Of a stretch of 64,000 bases of DNA, positions 24,344-37,387 are shown one piece after another. The notes under the pieces are model-generated. The model saw only the letters and a program-made list of their open reading frames with translations. It was not told the DNA's origin and did not search any database. Position 1 is the stretch's first letter. Each line of letters begins with the position of its first letter. The position numbers and the translations under genes are program-made. Origin of the DNA: Octopus sinensis (Eukaryota); assembly GCF_006345805.1 (NCBI RefSeq), contig NC_043001.1, forward strand, positions 14,198,001 through 14,262,000, written 5' to 3'.

Positions 24344-24544
24344 TTTGTATTTCTATGAAGTTCATTAAATGCCATTTTTTCTTCTGATTTAGGTTGTACA
24401 CACCATAGTCTGGAGTGGAGAGCATCGTTTTTTTTTTTTGTTTTTCTTTTTCTTGTATCTTCATGTGTTTGTTTCTTACTAACCTATGAAATCGGGGGCA
24501 ACCTTTCTGCCTCACCCTGTATATGTAGGTTTCAGGGTTATACT

Positions 24545-24770
24545 CTTTACTCTTTTACTCTTTTACTTGTTTCAGTCATTTGACTGCGGCCATGCTGGAG
24601 CACCGCCTTTAGTCGAGCAACTCGACCCCGGGACTTGTTCTTTTTGTAAGCCCAGTACTTATTCTATCGGTCTCTTTTTGCCGAACCGCTAAGTGACGGG
24701 GACGTAACCACCAGCATCGGTTGTCAAGCAATGCTAGGGGGACAAACACAGACACACAACACACACACAC

Positions 24771-24801
<31 letters not shown>

Positions 24802-24976
24802 TATATAATATATACTCGACGGGATTCTTTCAGTTTCCGTCTACCAAATCCACTCACAAGGCTTTGGTCGGCCCAAGGCTATAGTAGAAGAGACTTGCTC
24901 AAGATGCCACGCAGTGGGACTGAACCCGGAACCATGTGGTTGGTTAGCAAGCTACTTACCACACAGCCACTCCTGC
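24545..24976 (-). mobile_element. SINE family A, full length
   Basis: Family A consensus. Confidence 0.9.
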
Positions 24977-25244
24977 TGGTTATAAATATATTTTTTTTTC
25001 TTTTATATAGTATTTTAATCTTTAACTGGTTTCAATTATTAAACAGCGACCAAGGTGGCGAAACACCCTCAGGTGCTTAACTGATCATATCGAACTTAAT
25101 ACTTAATTTAGTCTTCTATCATATTTTGTCCTTCTCCATTTACTGATTTCAATTTTTGGCACAAGGTCAGTAACTTCAGAGAAGGGAATAAATCGATTAG
25201 ATCGACTCCAGTATGCAACAGGTACTTAATTTATCGACTCCGAT

Positions 25245-26436
25245 TTCTTTACTACCCACAAGGGGCTAAACACAGAGAGGACAAACAAGGACAGATATAG
25301 GTATTAAGTCGATTACATCGACCCCAGTGCGTAACTGGTACTTATTTAATCGACTCTGAAAGGATGAAAGGCAAAGTCGACCTCGGCGGAATTTGAACTC
25401 AGAACGTAACACCAGCAAAATACCTATTTCTTTATTACCCACAAGGGGCTAAACATAGAGGGAACAAACAAGGACAGATATAGGTATTAAGTCGATTACA
25501 TCGACCCCAGTGCGTAACTGGTACTTATTTAATCGACTCTGAAAGGATGAAAGGCAAAGTCGACCTCGGCGGAATTTGAACTCAGAACGTAACACCAGCA
25601 AAATACCTATTTCTTTATTACCCACAAGGGGCTAAACATAGAGGGAACAAACAAGGACAGATATAGGTATTAAGTCGATTACATCGACCCCAGTGCGTAA
25701 CTGGTACTTATTTAATCGACTCTGAAAGGATGAATGGCAAAGTCGACCGCGGCAGAAAATGAACTCAGAACGTAACACCAGCAAAATACCTATTCTTTAT
25801 TACCCAAAGGGGCTAAAATAGAGGGAACAAACAAGGACAGATATAGGTATTAAGTCGATTACATCGACTCCAGTGCGTAACTGGTACTTATTTATCGACT
25901 CTGAAAGGAGAATGGCAAAGTCGACCGCGGCAGAATTTGAACTCAGAACGTAACACCAGCAAAATACCTATTTCTTTATTACCCACAAGGGGCTAAACAT
26001 AGAGGGAACAAACAAGGACAGATATAGGTATTAAGTCGATTACATCGACCCCAGTGCGTAACTGGTACTTATTTAATCGACTCTGAAAGGATGAATGGCA
26101 AAGTCGACCGCGGCAGAATTTGAACTCAGAACGTAACACCAGCAAAATACCTATTTCTTTATTACCCACAAGGGGCTAAACATAGAGGGAACAAACAAGG
26201 ACAGATATAGGTATTAAGTCGATTACATCGACCCCAGTGCGTAACTGGTACTTATTTAATCGACTCTGAAAGGATGAATGGCAAAGTCGACCGGGGAAGA
26301 ATTTGAACTCAGAACGTAACACCAGCAAAATACCTATTTCTTTATTACCCACAAGGGGCTAAACATAGAGGGAACAAACAAGGACAGATATAAGTATTAA
26401 GTCGATTACATCGACCCCAGTGCGTAACTGGTACTT
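25245..26436 (-). repeat. Head-to-tail array of headless SINE B units (~183 bp x 6.5)
   Basis: Units start near 25245, 25427, 25610, 25793, 25971, 26154 and 26337; they share the private variant aacaccagcaaaatacc. Confidence 0.95.
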
Positions 26437-26463
26437 AGAGTTAAGGAATGGAGTACACAAAAT

Positions 26464-26552
26464 CCGGGCTACGTGCGTTTCATAGCAGCGGAACCGCGGA
26501 AGTGGTAAATATCCAAATGCGGTTTATACAGTAGGCTACTCGTCAGACCAAG
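26464..26552 (-). ncRNA. Type-I hammerhead ribozyme, canonical core
   Basis: CTTGGT-CTGACGA-GTAGC...GCTAT-GAAA-C-GCAC-G-T-A-GCCCGG; imperfect stem I, extra AACCGC/GCGGTT helix in loop II. Confidence 0.72.
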
Positions 26553-26564
26553 GGTGGATCTTAC

Positions 26565-26604
<40 letters not shown>

Positions 26605-26690
26605 AGAATTGACTAAAAAAACAAAAGATGAAGACAGGTGGTGTAGAAAACGAACAGATGTATTAGTATAACGCTCAGGAATAGAAAATG

Positions 26691-26728
26691 TCTTTTACGT
26701 TTCGAGCCTACGCTCTTCTACAGAAAGA
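26691..26728 (-). ncRNA. Minimal hammerhead-like motif with A6->U core, in a (TA)n-flanked ~190-bp element (26600-26780)
   Basis: TCTTT-CTGTAGA-A-GAGC-GTAG-GCTC-GAAA-CG-T-A-AAAGA. Confidence 0.62.
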
Positions 26729-26913
26729 AACAAGGAGAGAGAAAAATGTGTGTAGTGGCTACCGATCTATCATGGATATATATATCGACTTAATACCTAT
26801 ATCTGTCCTTGTTTGTTCCCTCTATGTTTAGCCCCTTGTGGGTAATAAAGAAATAGGTATTTTGCTGGTGTTACGTTCTGAGTTTCAGCCAGGCGGGTGT
26901 GGTCATGTTGGAG

Positions 26914-26946
<33 letters not shown>

Positions 26947-26953
26947 ACATATA

Positions 26954-27349
26954 TCTTTATATATAAAAGTAAGGTTGTGTGTCTGTCTCGTACGATTTAG
27001 ATTCCTAACTACTCCCACATTTTGCGGTGCAGTTTAACCAAAACCGGGTATCTTGTAGTCGTGATTCATATCGAGCCCTTCTAGGTATTAGCGCGCGTCT
27101 ACGATGAGTCTACGATTTTAAAAATAATTTACCATCATTTTTTCCATTTTAATGCATTTTTTCGCTATTATATAAGGGAAGTAACTCTCTAAAAATGTCT
27201 ACGATGCGTCAACGATTTAAAAAAAATTTACCATCATTTTTTTTCCAGTTTTAATGCATTTTTTTGCTATTTTTTGGCTATAACTCTCTAAAAATGCTTA
27301 TATAGTTATTTCCCTTACAAACCCGAGCAACGCCGGGCGATACTGCTAG
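26954..27349 (+). mobile_element. Non-autonomous Helitron
   Basis: 5' TC (tctttatatataaaag) after A; 3' hairpin cccgagcaacgccggg then CTAG followed by T; internal ~100-bp direct repeat. Confidence 0.85.
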
Positions 27350-27700
27350 TATATATATATATAATATACATGTATGTGTGTTAACGCGCGCGCGTGCATA
27401 CACATACATACATTTCGGATACATGGGGATGGTCGTGGCCGTGGTCATCGTCATTGTGGAAGTCGATCTGATGATGACGATGATAATGGTGCTGTTGATG
27501 GTGGTGGTGGTGGTGGTGGTGGTGGCGGCGGCGGTGTAATGATTAGCAGCGTTGGTCTCGTGACAGTAGTGGTAACAAATGCGGATTAGAGGACACGAAA
27601 ATGCAGGCGATGAGGAGGACTATGAGGATTATGGTGAATGTGACGATCATGAGAGAAAAAGAAAGAATAACGATTTTCGTGAGGATTAAATCATCTAAAA

Positions 27701-27774
27701 ATGGCGACAACGCATCACAGCTTCAGTAAAACTATTAAACCGGAAAACGAAGATAAGGAAATCACTTTTAGCAG
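27701..27774 (+). CDS. Candidate first coding exon (MATTHHSFSKTIKPENEDKEITFS), unverified
   Basis: AAAAATGG start context, in-frame upstream TGA at 27680, consensus donor AG|GTAAGA at 27774/27775; no downstream exon confirmed. Confidence 0.3.
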
Positions 27775-28033
27775 GTAAGACAGATATACATATATATATA
27801 TATGTTGTGTGTGTATATATATATATGTTGTATATATATATATATTATATATATATATATATAATATGTATATGTATATGTTGCATATAAATATATATAT
27901 GTTTTATGTATACATGTATGTATGTATATATAAACACACACATATATATACACATACATACACATATATATACACATACACACACACACACACTCATATA
28001 TATATATGTATATATAAATTTAATGTATATGCA

Positions 28034-28067
<34 letters not shown>

Positions 28068-28597
28068 CTTAATATATACGTATATATATTATGTATATAC
28101 CACTTATATACATAATATATATTCTTTACATTATGTATATATAAATAGTATGTGTGATTATATATGTACGTGTGTGTCTGTAGTGTGTGCGTGTGTGTGT
28201 GTGTGTCTAGTGTGTGTGTGTGTGTTCAGTGATACAAGTCATTTGTGGCAAGGTTTAATTCTTCATAAAGGACAGTGATAGGATCTTTAATGCAAGGAAC
28301 CATTTTGCAGGTTTTGTAATTTCAACAAAATTGGGCGAAAAGAAATAACTCAGTGACCTGCACACAGGTATTTTAAACAACATAGACAAATACAGGTGTA
28401 TCAAATATCATACAACACAATAAATTTTTATTAAAATGATATCTGCCTCTAGAGGATGGATATATCATAATTACCAAATAGTAATGACAGACCAGATCCA
28501 CTTGGCAAGGGGAGATAATCTCAAGAGTCAAGAATTTCTCCAAAGCTGACATGGCATCAAGAAATGGCACAGGCTTATTGTCTGGAGGCAAGAGGAC

Positions 28598-28647
<50 letters not shown>

Positions 28648-28712
28648 CATACATGTTTGTATATATATGTATATATATGTATATATATATATTATATATA
28701 CATACATGTTTG

Positions 28713-28770
<58 letters not shown>

Positions 28771-28801
28771 TATATATACATACATGTTTGTATATATTAT
28801 A

Positions 28802-28843
<42 letters not shown>

Positions 28844-28896
28844 TACATATATATATACATATGCATATATACATACACACATACATATGTATATAT

Positions 28897-28931
<35 letters not shown>

Positions 28932-28984
28932 CATACATATAAATATATTTATATATAGATATATACACATATACATGCATGTTC

Positions 28985-29027
<43 letters not shown>

Positions 29028-29077
29028 CATGTAAATATATTTATATACATGTTCACACATATAAATATACATGTGTG

Positions 29078-29110
<33 letters not shown>

Positions 29111-29321
29111 GTACATGTAAGTATGTATGTGTGTGTATATATATATATATATATATTATAAATTGTTCAAAGATTGAGAATCCATGTAAAACACTTATAA
29201 TTATTTTTAGTGATAGGCATGTATTTGACAGATAACTAGCTAGTAGACACTTCATAATTAGACACCTAATTAGTATCTATATAGCAGTAATTGACAGATA
29301 CATTGTTGGGAGAGACTTTAC

Positions 29322-31855
29322 TTATTATAATAATAATAATAATCGTGTACAGTGCTCAGGTGCACTACAACTCATCTAAAGTGTATATATAATCAGGTGT
29401 AGTTTCGGCGGATTTCGGAAAGCATGAGGGCCTTAAAAGATGCAGTGTCATGGCAGTCAACAACTGACGCAGGCAGTTTATTCCATGCTTCAGCAACTCT
29501 GAGCGTGAAAAAATGTTTCCGAAAGTCATGGGAGCTGTATTGTTTTCTGACTTTGTAGGCATGTCCACGTGTGTTAGACACATGGAGATCAAAAAGGTGT
29601 TCAGGTGTTTGTTGGTGAGGTGGTTGATAACTTTGTGGGTGTTTACCAAGTCCGTCGCCAAACGCCGGAGCTTCAGTGAATCCATGCCCAGGGAAACAAG
29701 GCGCTCAGAATATGGTAGGTGTCTGATGGAGGGTATGCGTTTGGTTGCACGTCTCTGGACAGATTCAGGAGGTCAATGTTCTGTGCAAGATAGGGGTTCC
29801 AAACTGATGATGCGAATTCCAAGTGTGGTCGTACCATAGCTGTATACAGTTTTAAATAGATGGCTGGAGAGCGGCTACAAAAGACCTGCTGAGTGATGCC
29901 AAGACACCCTCGGCCTTCCTGACCATCTTAGAGATATGCTTTGACCAACGCAAATCACTGCTGACAGTGATGCCTAGGTCACGCTCGCAAGAGGATTTCT
30001 TGATATCAGTGTTGTGGAGGGAGTATGTGAACGCAGGGTTTTTTCTCCCAAAATGCATGGTGGTACACTTGTCCACAGCCAGTTTCAGTTGCCAGTCTGT
30101 GATCCATTGCTGCATTGTGTCTAGGTCTGATTGCAGGAAAGAGTTGTAGACATCAGGATCTGTCCTCTTGATTTCAAGGTACAGCTTGATGTCGTCTGCA
30201 TATTTCAATACTGTGGCATTCTTTAAATTGGCATCTATGTCGTTAATGTATGCCACAAACAAGAGGGGACCAAGGACAGATCCCTGTGGTACACCGATGA
30301 CATCTCATATGGTGTAGAGTGCTGTCCTAGAACTGTGACTACCTCCTTTCGGTGAGGATGAAGGATTTCAACCAGTTAAAAAGGTCATCCCCCACACCAT
30401 TGCAGAGAGTTTCACCATAAGCCTTTTGTGTGGCACAGAGTTGAAACCTTAGCAAAGTCAAGGTAGACAACATCCACCCATGAGCCACTGTCAGTAATCT
30501 GAGTAATGTCCTCAAGGAACTCGACTAGCTGGTCACTGCAGCTGGAGTTAGGGCAAATCCATATTGTGAGGGTCGGATGAGACTGTGAGAGCTCCAGAAG
30601 TTCCAGAGTGTTTCTCTGACACACGATTCCATCAGTTTTGCAATACAGCTAGTGAGACTGACTGGGCGATAGTTGACAGGTGATGTGCGGTCGCCCTTTT
30701 TGAACAGAGGAATGACACTGGCAGTTTTCCACTGCTCCGGAGTAGCACCATTGTTGAGACAGTACTGGAAGAAAAAATAGAAAGTGGTGTAAAAGGAAGT
30801 GCCTGCCACGTTTGAGAAGCAGGTATGTAACTCCATCGAGACCAGGGGAGGCATAGTTGCGCTATTTTGAAGGTGACGTCGCAGCATTGCAGGTGTAAAT
30901 TCCATAGTTGTTATGGAGTTCGCTGTTAGTGATGGTGAAGATGGTACATTTTGACTTTCAACAGTGAATATGTTTGCATAGCACTCGGCAATGAGTTCTG
31001 CGCATTCCTTGGGGTCGTCAGTGATCTGGTTTGTGTGAGGGTTGCGAAGAGGGCCCACTGGAGAGTGAGGTCTCTGCTTTGAGTGCACATATTTCCAGAA
31101 AACTTGCTGTCAGGATTGGCTGCTATGCACTGTTCAAATTCAAGCACTGCTTTTTTTGTCACTTGCTTGAGATGGTTGGAGGATTTATTCCGCTTCTTTC
31201 TGTTGGTGTCTGATTATGCAACCTGTATTCCCGTTCAGCAGTCCGACGTTCCTTCCTGGCAAGTCGGACCGCTGAAGTTTCCCAAATTGCCCTTTTGGGG
31301 CGGTTCTTCTTTTTTTGTTACGTGGCACTGATGCTGCACATGCGCCATATTGAGTCCAGGATACTCTGGAGTATAGTATTCACATCTCCAGAGTTGTAGA
31401 ATTCACGCCAGTTTGGGTGCTGTAGTTCAGTGTGGTACAGGTTCCAATCTGCTCTCTTCCAATCGAAGGAGCAGATTGGAGATGGTTCAGGTTTTTGTTG
31501 CCCGCAAGAGCCAGATTGGCGATGATCATAGCATGATCAGAGTCACCTAGAGTTTCCTCCGTAGTGCAATTGATAACCGCTTCAGGAGTTGTGGTGAAGA
31601 GCAGGTCCAAGGTGTTGTCGCCTCTTGTTGGAGAGGTGACTACTTGTGACCAGTTTGAGTCCAGCACAAGCTCAACAAAATCGTTTGCACTCTGTGGCCA
31701 ATGGAAGGTCTCCCAATCGATCTCAGGATGATTGAAATCGCCTGCAATAAACACATAAGTGGCTGTTTTCCTGGCAGCAGCTCGGAGGACATTGCAAAGC
31801 TGTGTGTCCCGATGGTAACTTGCGGATGACTTGCTTGTAGACTTGCGGATGACAA
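29322..31855 (-). mobile_element. CR1-clade LINE, 5'-truncated ORF2 (APE endonuclease plus RT), frameshifted
   Basis: GDFNHPEIDW, RGDNTLDL, SDH (EN); YRPVSLTS, QYGF, VDVVYLDF, YINDI, YADDIK, ERDLGI (RT); RGH.YK and FF..RV..WN.LP C-terminus; (ATT)n tail. Confidence 0.95.
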
Positions 31856-33064
31856 ATGTGTCATAGATTGACATTTCCACAATATATGTCTTCTTCTTAG
31901 ACACTGTACTATTCAACATTTTGTTAATAGGTGTCTGGTTTGATGACTTCACTTGAGATTGTTGAATTCAAAGAAATCTTCTTTTAACCTTTTGCCTGTC
32001 CAAATCCTTTTCAGAAGTTTGTCTTAAACGACCTTGCGTGTCGCTAGTCCTTGTTTCATACTAGTCCTTGAAGTTAGTCCTTGAAACTAGTCTTTGTAGC
32101 TAGTCTTTGTTCCAAACATTCTGAGTAATACAAAGTTTTCCTTTCATAAGTTCCAAGTTACATTGGTGGTTGGAAAGAGAATGGAAATAAGTATCATATA
32201 TGATGCATGGACACCAGGAAAATATGTCCTTGGTATAAAAAATGACACACCTCTCTGGTAGGCACGTCTTTGAGGAGACACCTTTTTTGGTAGAAATCTC
32301 ATTTGAGGAAACTCTTCAAATGAAAAGCACTTCTTTGATACACAAACCAGTAGTTGACGCATTGACAGATACATTAATACATTTTTTATCATCGATGGAC
32401 CACATTTGGGTGAGGGGAGGGATTACAACCATGTTTCGTAGTCTGCTACCACAACAGCTCCTTTATAGGATCCAATTAGCTTAAGACATCATCAGGAGGA
32501 ACCACGTCCGGTTTCGGCCCCTACTCCTCTACCGTTTTGACGTGGTGGGCCCCCACCCCACCCTTTCGGAGGTGTCTTCAGCTCTGGTGTTGGGTGCATG
32601 TCTTCTTTCTTCTGTTCCCTGGTCTCTTTGATGTATCGTCAGCAAAATCAGTTGATTAGGACCTGGTTTTATTGACCTTGAAAAGATAAAAGTCAAAGTC
32701 CATTTCGTCATCGACTGACCTCAGAATGCAAGGCAATTAGATAACACAAAGTATTTGGAAGCGCCATATTGTCAATGTCACTAGCCACTACTTTTTTTTT
32801 TCATGGACACAATATCGAGACTTCTAATAGATTATTGGTAGAAACATCATTCCAAGTCACAACACTAGTAAATATTTTAAAACTATAAAACGTTATTAGA
32901 CAATTCTATGAATTGTTAAACTTATTGGCAGACACACTATACAGATTCCTCATGTACAAATTCACTATGAATAACATTTTATTGAGATATACTTTAAAAA
33001 TTGATGTTTCTTTTAGTAGACAGAAATTTTGAGTTTCTTGAGTAATTTAAATGATAAGAATATA

Positions 33065-33630
33065 TTGAGTTGTCCGGAAAGTTCGTGCTGATTTTTAAAG
33101 GAAAGAAAAAGGTCAATAAATACTTGCCATTGCATCTTTAATCAACCAAATATGAACCATTTTGTTACACAATGCGTCTCCATCTTTCCTTTAACTTGAA
33201 AATACCCTCTTCCCAGATTTGAGGTGGTTTAAAGGCAAAGAAATCATCAAGGTATCATTTTACGTCCTCCAAGGAATTGAAATTTTTACCTTTAAGACTA
33301 TTCTGCAGAGACCTGAATAAGTGGAAATCCGAAGGAGCAATATCTGGTGAATATGGAGGGTGGGGTAACACATCCCAGCCGAGCTGCAGTAATTTTTGTT
33401 TGGTTCCCAAAGCATCAAGTGCCGAAAATGAACTTTCTTATCTTCCATTTTAAAGGGTTACAGAATTAACACAGGTTATAGGAACATAAACCTTCTTCCA
33501 CGAAAAAATAGCTTAAACTGTGCTCTAAATGGAGGTGTAGTCAAATCCTATTTTATGGACTTAACCATGTTCTGAAGTAAGTCGAAAGGTAAGCTACTAT
33601 AAATCGGCATGAACTTTCCGGACAACCCAA
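33065..33630 (-). mobile_element. Internally deleted mariner with both TIRs and TA TSD
   Basis: TA-TTGAGTTGTCCGGAAAGTTCGTGCTGATTT ... AAATCGGCATGAACTTTCCGGACAACCCAA-TA; MEDKKVHFRHLML fused to LGWDVLPHPPYSPDIAPSDFHLFRSL. Confidence 0.93.
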
Positions 33631-34319
33631 TATTTGTTTTGACATTGATTGAAGTCCGACTTCTCTCCTTTCATAATGACTAAATGCTCTCAGTTTATTA
33701 TCAAGATCAAAATCAATATAGAATGATCTCTCAATGATTGGTATTATCTGATCATCCTAGCTGTATCTTGGGAAAGAGTATATCAATTGTCTGCCTGTGT
33801 GGGATGAGAGATGGTCGTACACATCAGCTATCAGACATAGCACAGAATCATAACATAAGCTCTATATCTGATCATAAACCTTATCAAAATGATTGCCTCT
33901 CTTGCCTGAGGCTCATTACTAGTTCTATTAAGTATGAATTCAACACAGCAAACTAGGAAAATACTAACTCATTGAATAGTTATCTCTACTTAACAGTGGA
34001 TTCATCTAATGAGGATAAAATACACTTCTCAGAGGAAACACTAATTCTAGTGGTATCATTTAAATCTTTGACTCTTTGGCATTTTATTGGTCATCTTTGT
34101 ATCTTCAGAATTCACAAGAATTCTCGAGTAGATGCCTAATAAAAGAGGTTGTTTGTGAAGAAATGTTTGAGTAAGCAGTTCACTCCACCATTTTTCTTAT
34201 ATTTTAATAGATTTCAAGATATTGCAGCAAGTAGTTCCATGCGAGAATAATAAATATAAGGAAAATATTCATATACAGTGTTTATTAGATTTCATACCCA
34301 TCACCCAGCTCAGCTTGAA

Positions 34320-34320
34320 A

Positions 34321-34370
<50 letters not shown>

Positions 34371-34430
34371 TGTGTGTATGTATTTATATATCTTTATATA
34401 TATGTACATGTACATATGTATATATATATA

Positions 34431-34468
<38 letters not shown>

Positions 34469-34592
34469 TATACATACATATACATATATGTATATACATA
34501 CATATATATGTACATATATATACATATATATGTATATATGTATATATACATGTCTGTATACGTATATGTATATATATGTATATATATATATG

Positions 34593-34641
<49 letters not shown>

Positions 34642-34688
34642 GTACATGTACATATATACATATGTACATGTACATATATATGTATAGG

Positions 34689-34728
<40 letters not shown>

Positions 34729-34795
34729 TATATATATATTATATATATATATATATATAATTATATACACACACATATATATATATACATATCAA
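34320..34795. repeat. (TG)n/(TA)n microsatellite
   Basis: Direct inspection. Confidence 0.95.
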
Positions 34796-35844
34796 AAGCA
34801 ACTTTGTATACAGCTAATATGAACCAGTTGTATTAAAAATTATTTATACATTTGGAAAAGAAAATCAAATAGCGGAATGATAATTCTATCAAATGTCAAA
34901 ATTAATAGAATTTTTTAGAGTACCATTTTTTTTTTTTCTCATAATTTAAAAATCATTTGATATTTATGCTGAAAATACAGTTTCTTCATTTTTATTTTTA
35001 TAATTTGTTTTTCTTTTTTAATTTCTTAATCAATAGCAATTCTGACATAGTCTTGAAACATTAAGGAATGGAAAAAGCATAACTTAAGAAAAAAAAATTT
35101 AAAAAACAAACAAACTAAACACATAAACAACTTCTGGAATTGTGAAGATATTTAGAAAAATGCTTGAAAACAACCACAATCATGGGTGAAATTGGCACGT
35201 ATGGTAATATTCTTTGTGAACCATGGAAAAAAAATCACTATTCAAACGAAATATTTTATGAAATGCAGTAAATGTTTTGTATGGACCCTTTGTATAAATT
35301 TTCTAAATTAAATTATTTATTATTTTTTAAATTTTTTTTTTTTTTGTCACTTGCTGTTCAGCTTGGTCTTAGAGTTTCTCAAGATGTCTCAAAAAAAAAA
35401 AAAAAGAAAAATTGGAAAGAAAAGGAAAAAAAAAATAAAACAGAGCAACAGGTACCAATGGTGCTTTTAGGAGCAAAGTTTATTTTATCAAAGTTGTAAA
35501 TTCCTGCAAAATTGTTGCTACTTGAAATCAGCTCAGCCCAGAGTTGGTTCAAACATGCAGTTTCCATGAAGCTGCCGTTTTTTTTGTTTTTTTTTCTTTC
35601 ATTTCGTTTGTAAAAACAGTTACTTCCAACATACTCATCCGTTCAACAATATACAGAAACCTGTGTTTTATTTATTTATATATAAGTATAAGCATTAAAT
35701 AGTTTCAACAGCTTTATTGTCACATCTGAAACAGAACACAAAAGGTTCCATCTTCTTTTCTTTTCTTTTCTTTCTCTTTTTTTTTTATTTTTATTCCTGG
35801 CAAATTTAAAATTAATCCCAGGAGTAGTTTGTTTGTTCCATAAA

Positions 35845-36405
<561 letters not shown>

Positions 36406-36414
36406 AACCAAGGG

Positions 36415-37085
36415 AGAAAATGGAGATAAGATTATTAGAAGTTTATTAATACATTGATAAGACCAGACCTACAATTGTTTCAACTCATCACTTGCAGCAT
36501 AAAATTCAACCAAAATTAATTTAATTTAACTAAATCAATTTAGCGTGGAAGGTGTTTATAAGCCATTTAAGAAACACACAAGAACCGTTGGATTCACTTC
36601 AACATTTAAATTTAATTTGTCAAAATATTTTTGTCGCTTTGAGACCGCAACCTGTTCACTGACAAAACTTCGTGCTGCACACGATCTCAGATCGAGTCAC
36701 TCGCTATGCAAGTACATCTCCGTAAATCAATATAGTTAATTACTTACTACAAGGGAGAATATCTTCAGTGAATGATGTACAAAGAAATTTATCATATTTA
36801 AAAAATAATGAAATCATTAAAAAGGAAGAATACGGTGTACCATTAAAGTTAAAAATATATACATCAATAAAAATAGATACAGTTACGAAAAATAAAATAG
36901 TTATATTCATAAATTAATATAAATAACCATAATGATTATGCAGACAGACCCATGCAAAAATATGGATAATTGTTTCGTTAAATTAAATTAATTTGGTTGA
37001 TTTTATGCTGGAAGTGATATATTGAAACAATTGTAGGTCTGATCTTGCCAATGTATTAATAAGCTTTTATTAATCTTATCTCCAT
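36415..37085. repeat. (TA)n-flanked element with diverged ~110-bp terminal inverted repeats
   Basis: 36415-36535 is approximately the reverse complement of 36985-37085 (gaaacaattgtaggtctg shared). Confidence 0.8.
36945..37041 (+). ncRNA. Degenerate hammerhead relic
   Basis: CAGACC-[CATGCAAA]-AATAT...ATATT-GAAA-C-AATT-G-T-A-GGTCTG; stems intact, core decayed. Confidence 0.45.
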
Positions 37086-37304
37086 ATATTAATAATATAT
37101 ATGTATATATGTATTTACCTATATTGTTAGATATTCAACCAGTCTAATCTTGGGTATTTTTATCCTTCTGAGGTTTATATCCTCACCTGCACTTAGATAT
37201 ATATATATATAACCAGTTGTTAGAACTCATGCATTAGAATAATGCATCAGTGTAATATCATTTAATGAATGACAAAAGAGCAAGAGTTAAGAAATCAGTT
37301 TCAT

Positions 37305-37387
37305 TGGCTTACAGCTGTTTCAGCTTTAAGAAGCCTAACATTCAAAGATGAGTGCTTATGTGACATCCAATAGCTTCCTCAGAGCCA
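37305..37387 (-). ncRNA. Type-I hammerhead ribozyme, canonical core
   Basis: TGGCT-CTGAGGA-AGCT...AGCT-GAAA-C-AGCT-G-T-A-AGCCA. Confidence 0.8.

Noticed and set aside
25245-26436. CRISPR-like or satellite array
   Set aside because: No unique spacers; the units are SINE B derivatives in a eukaryotic context.
32422-32500. CTGATGA...GAAACATGGTT on the minus strand
   Set aside because: Core and partial stem II are present, but stem I cannot form.
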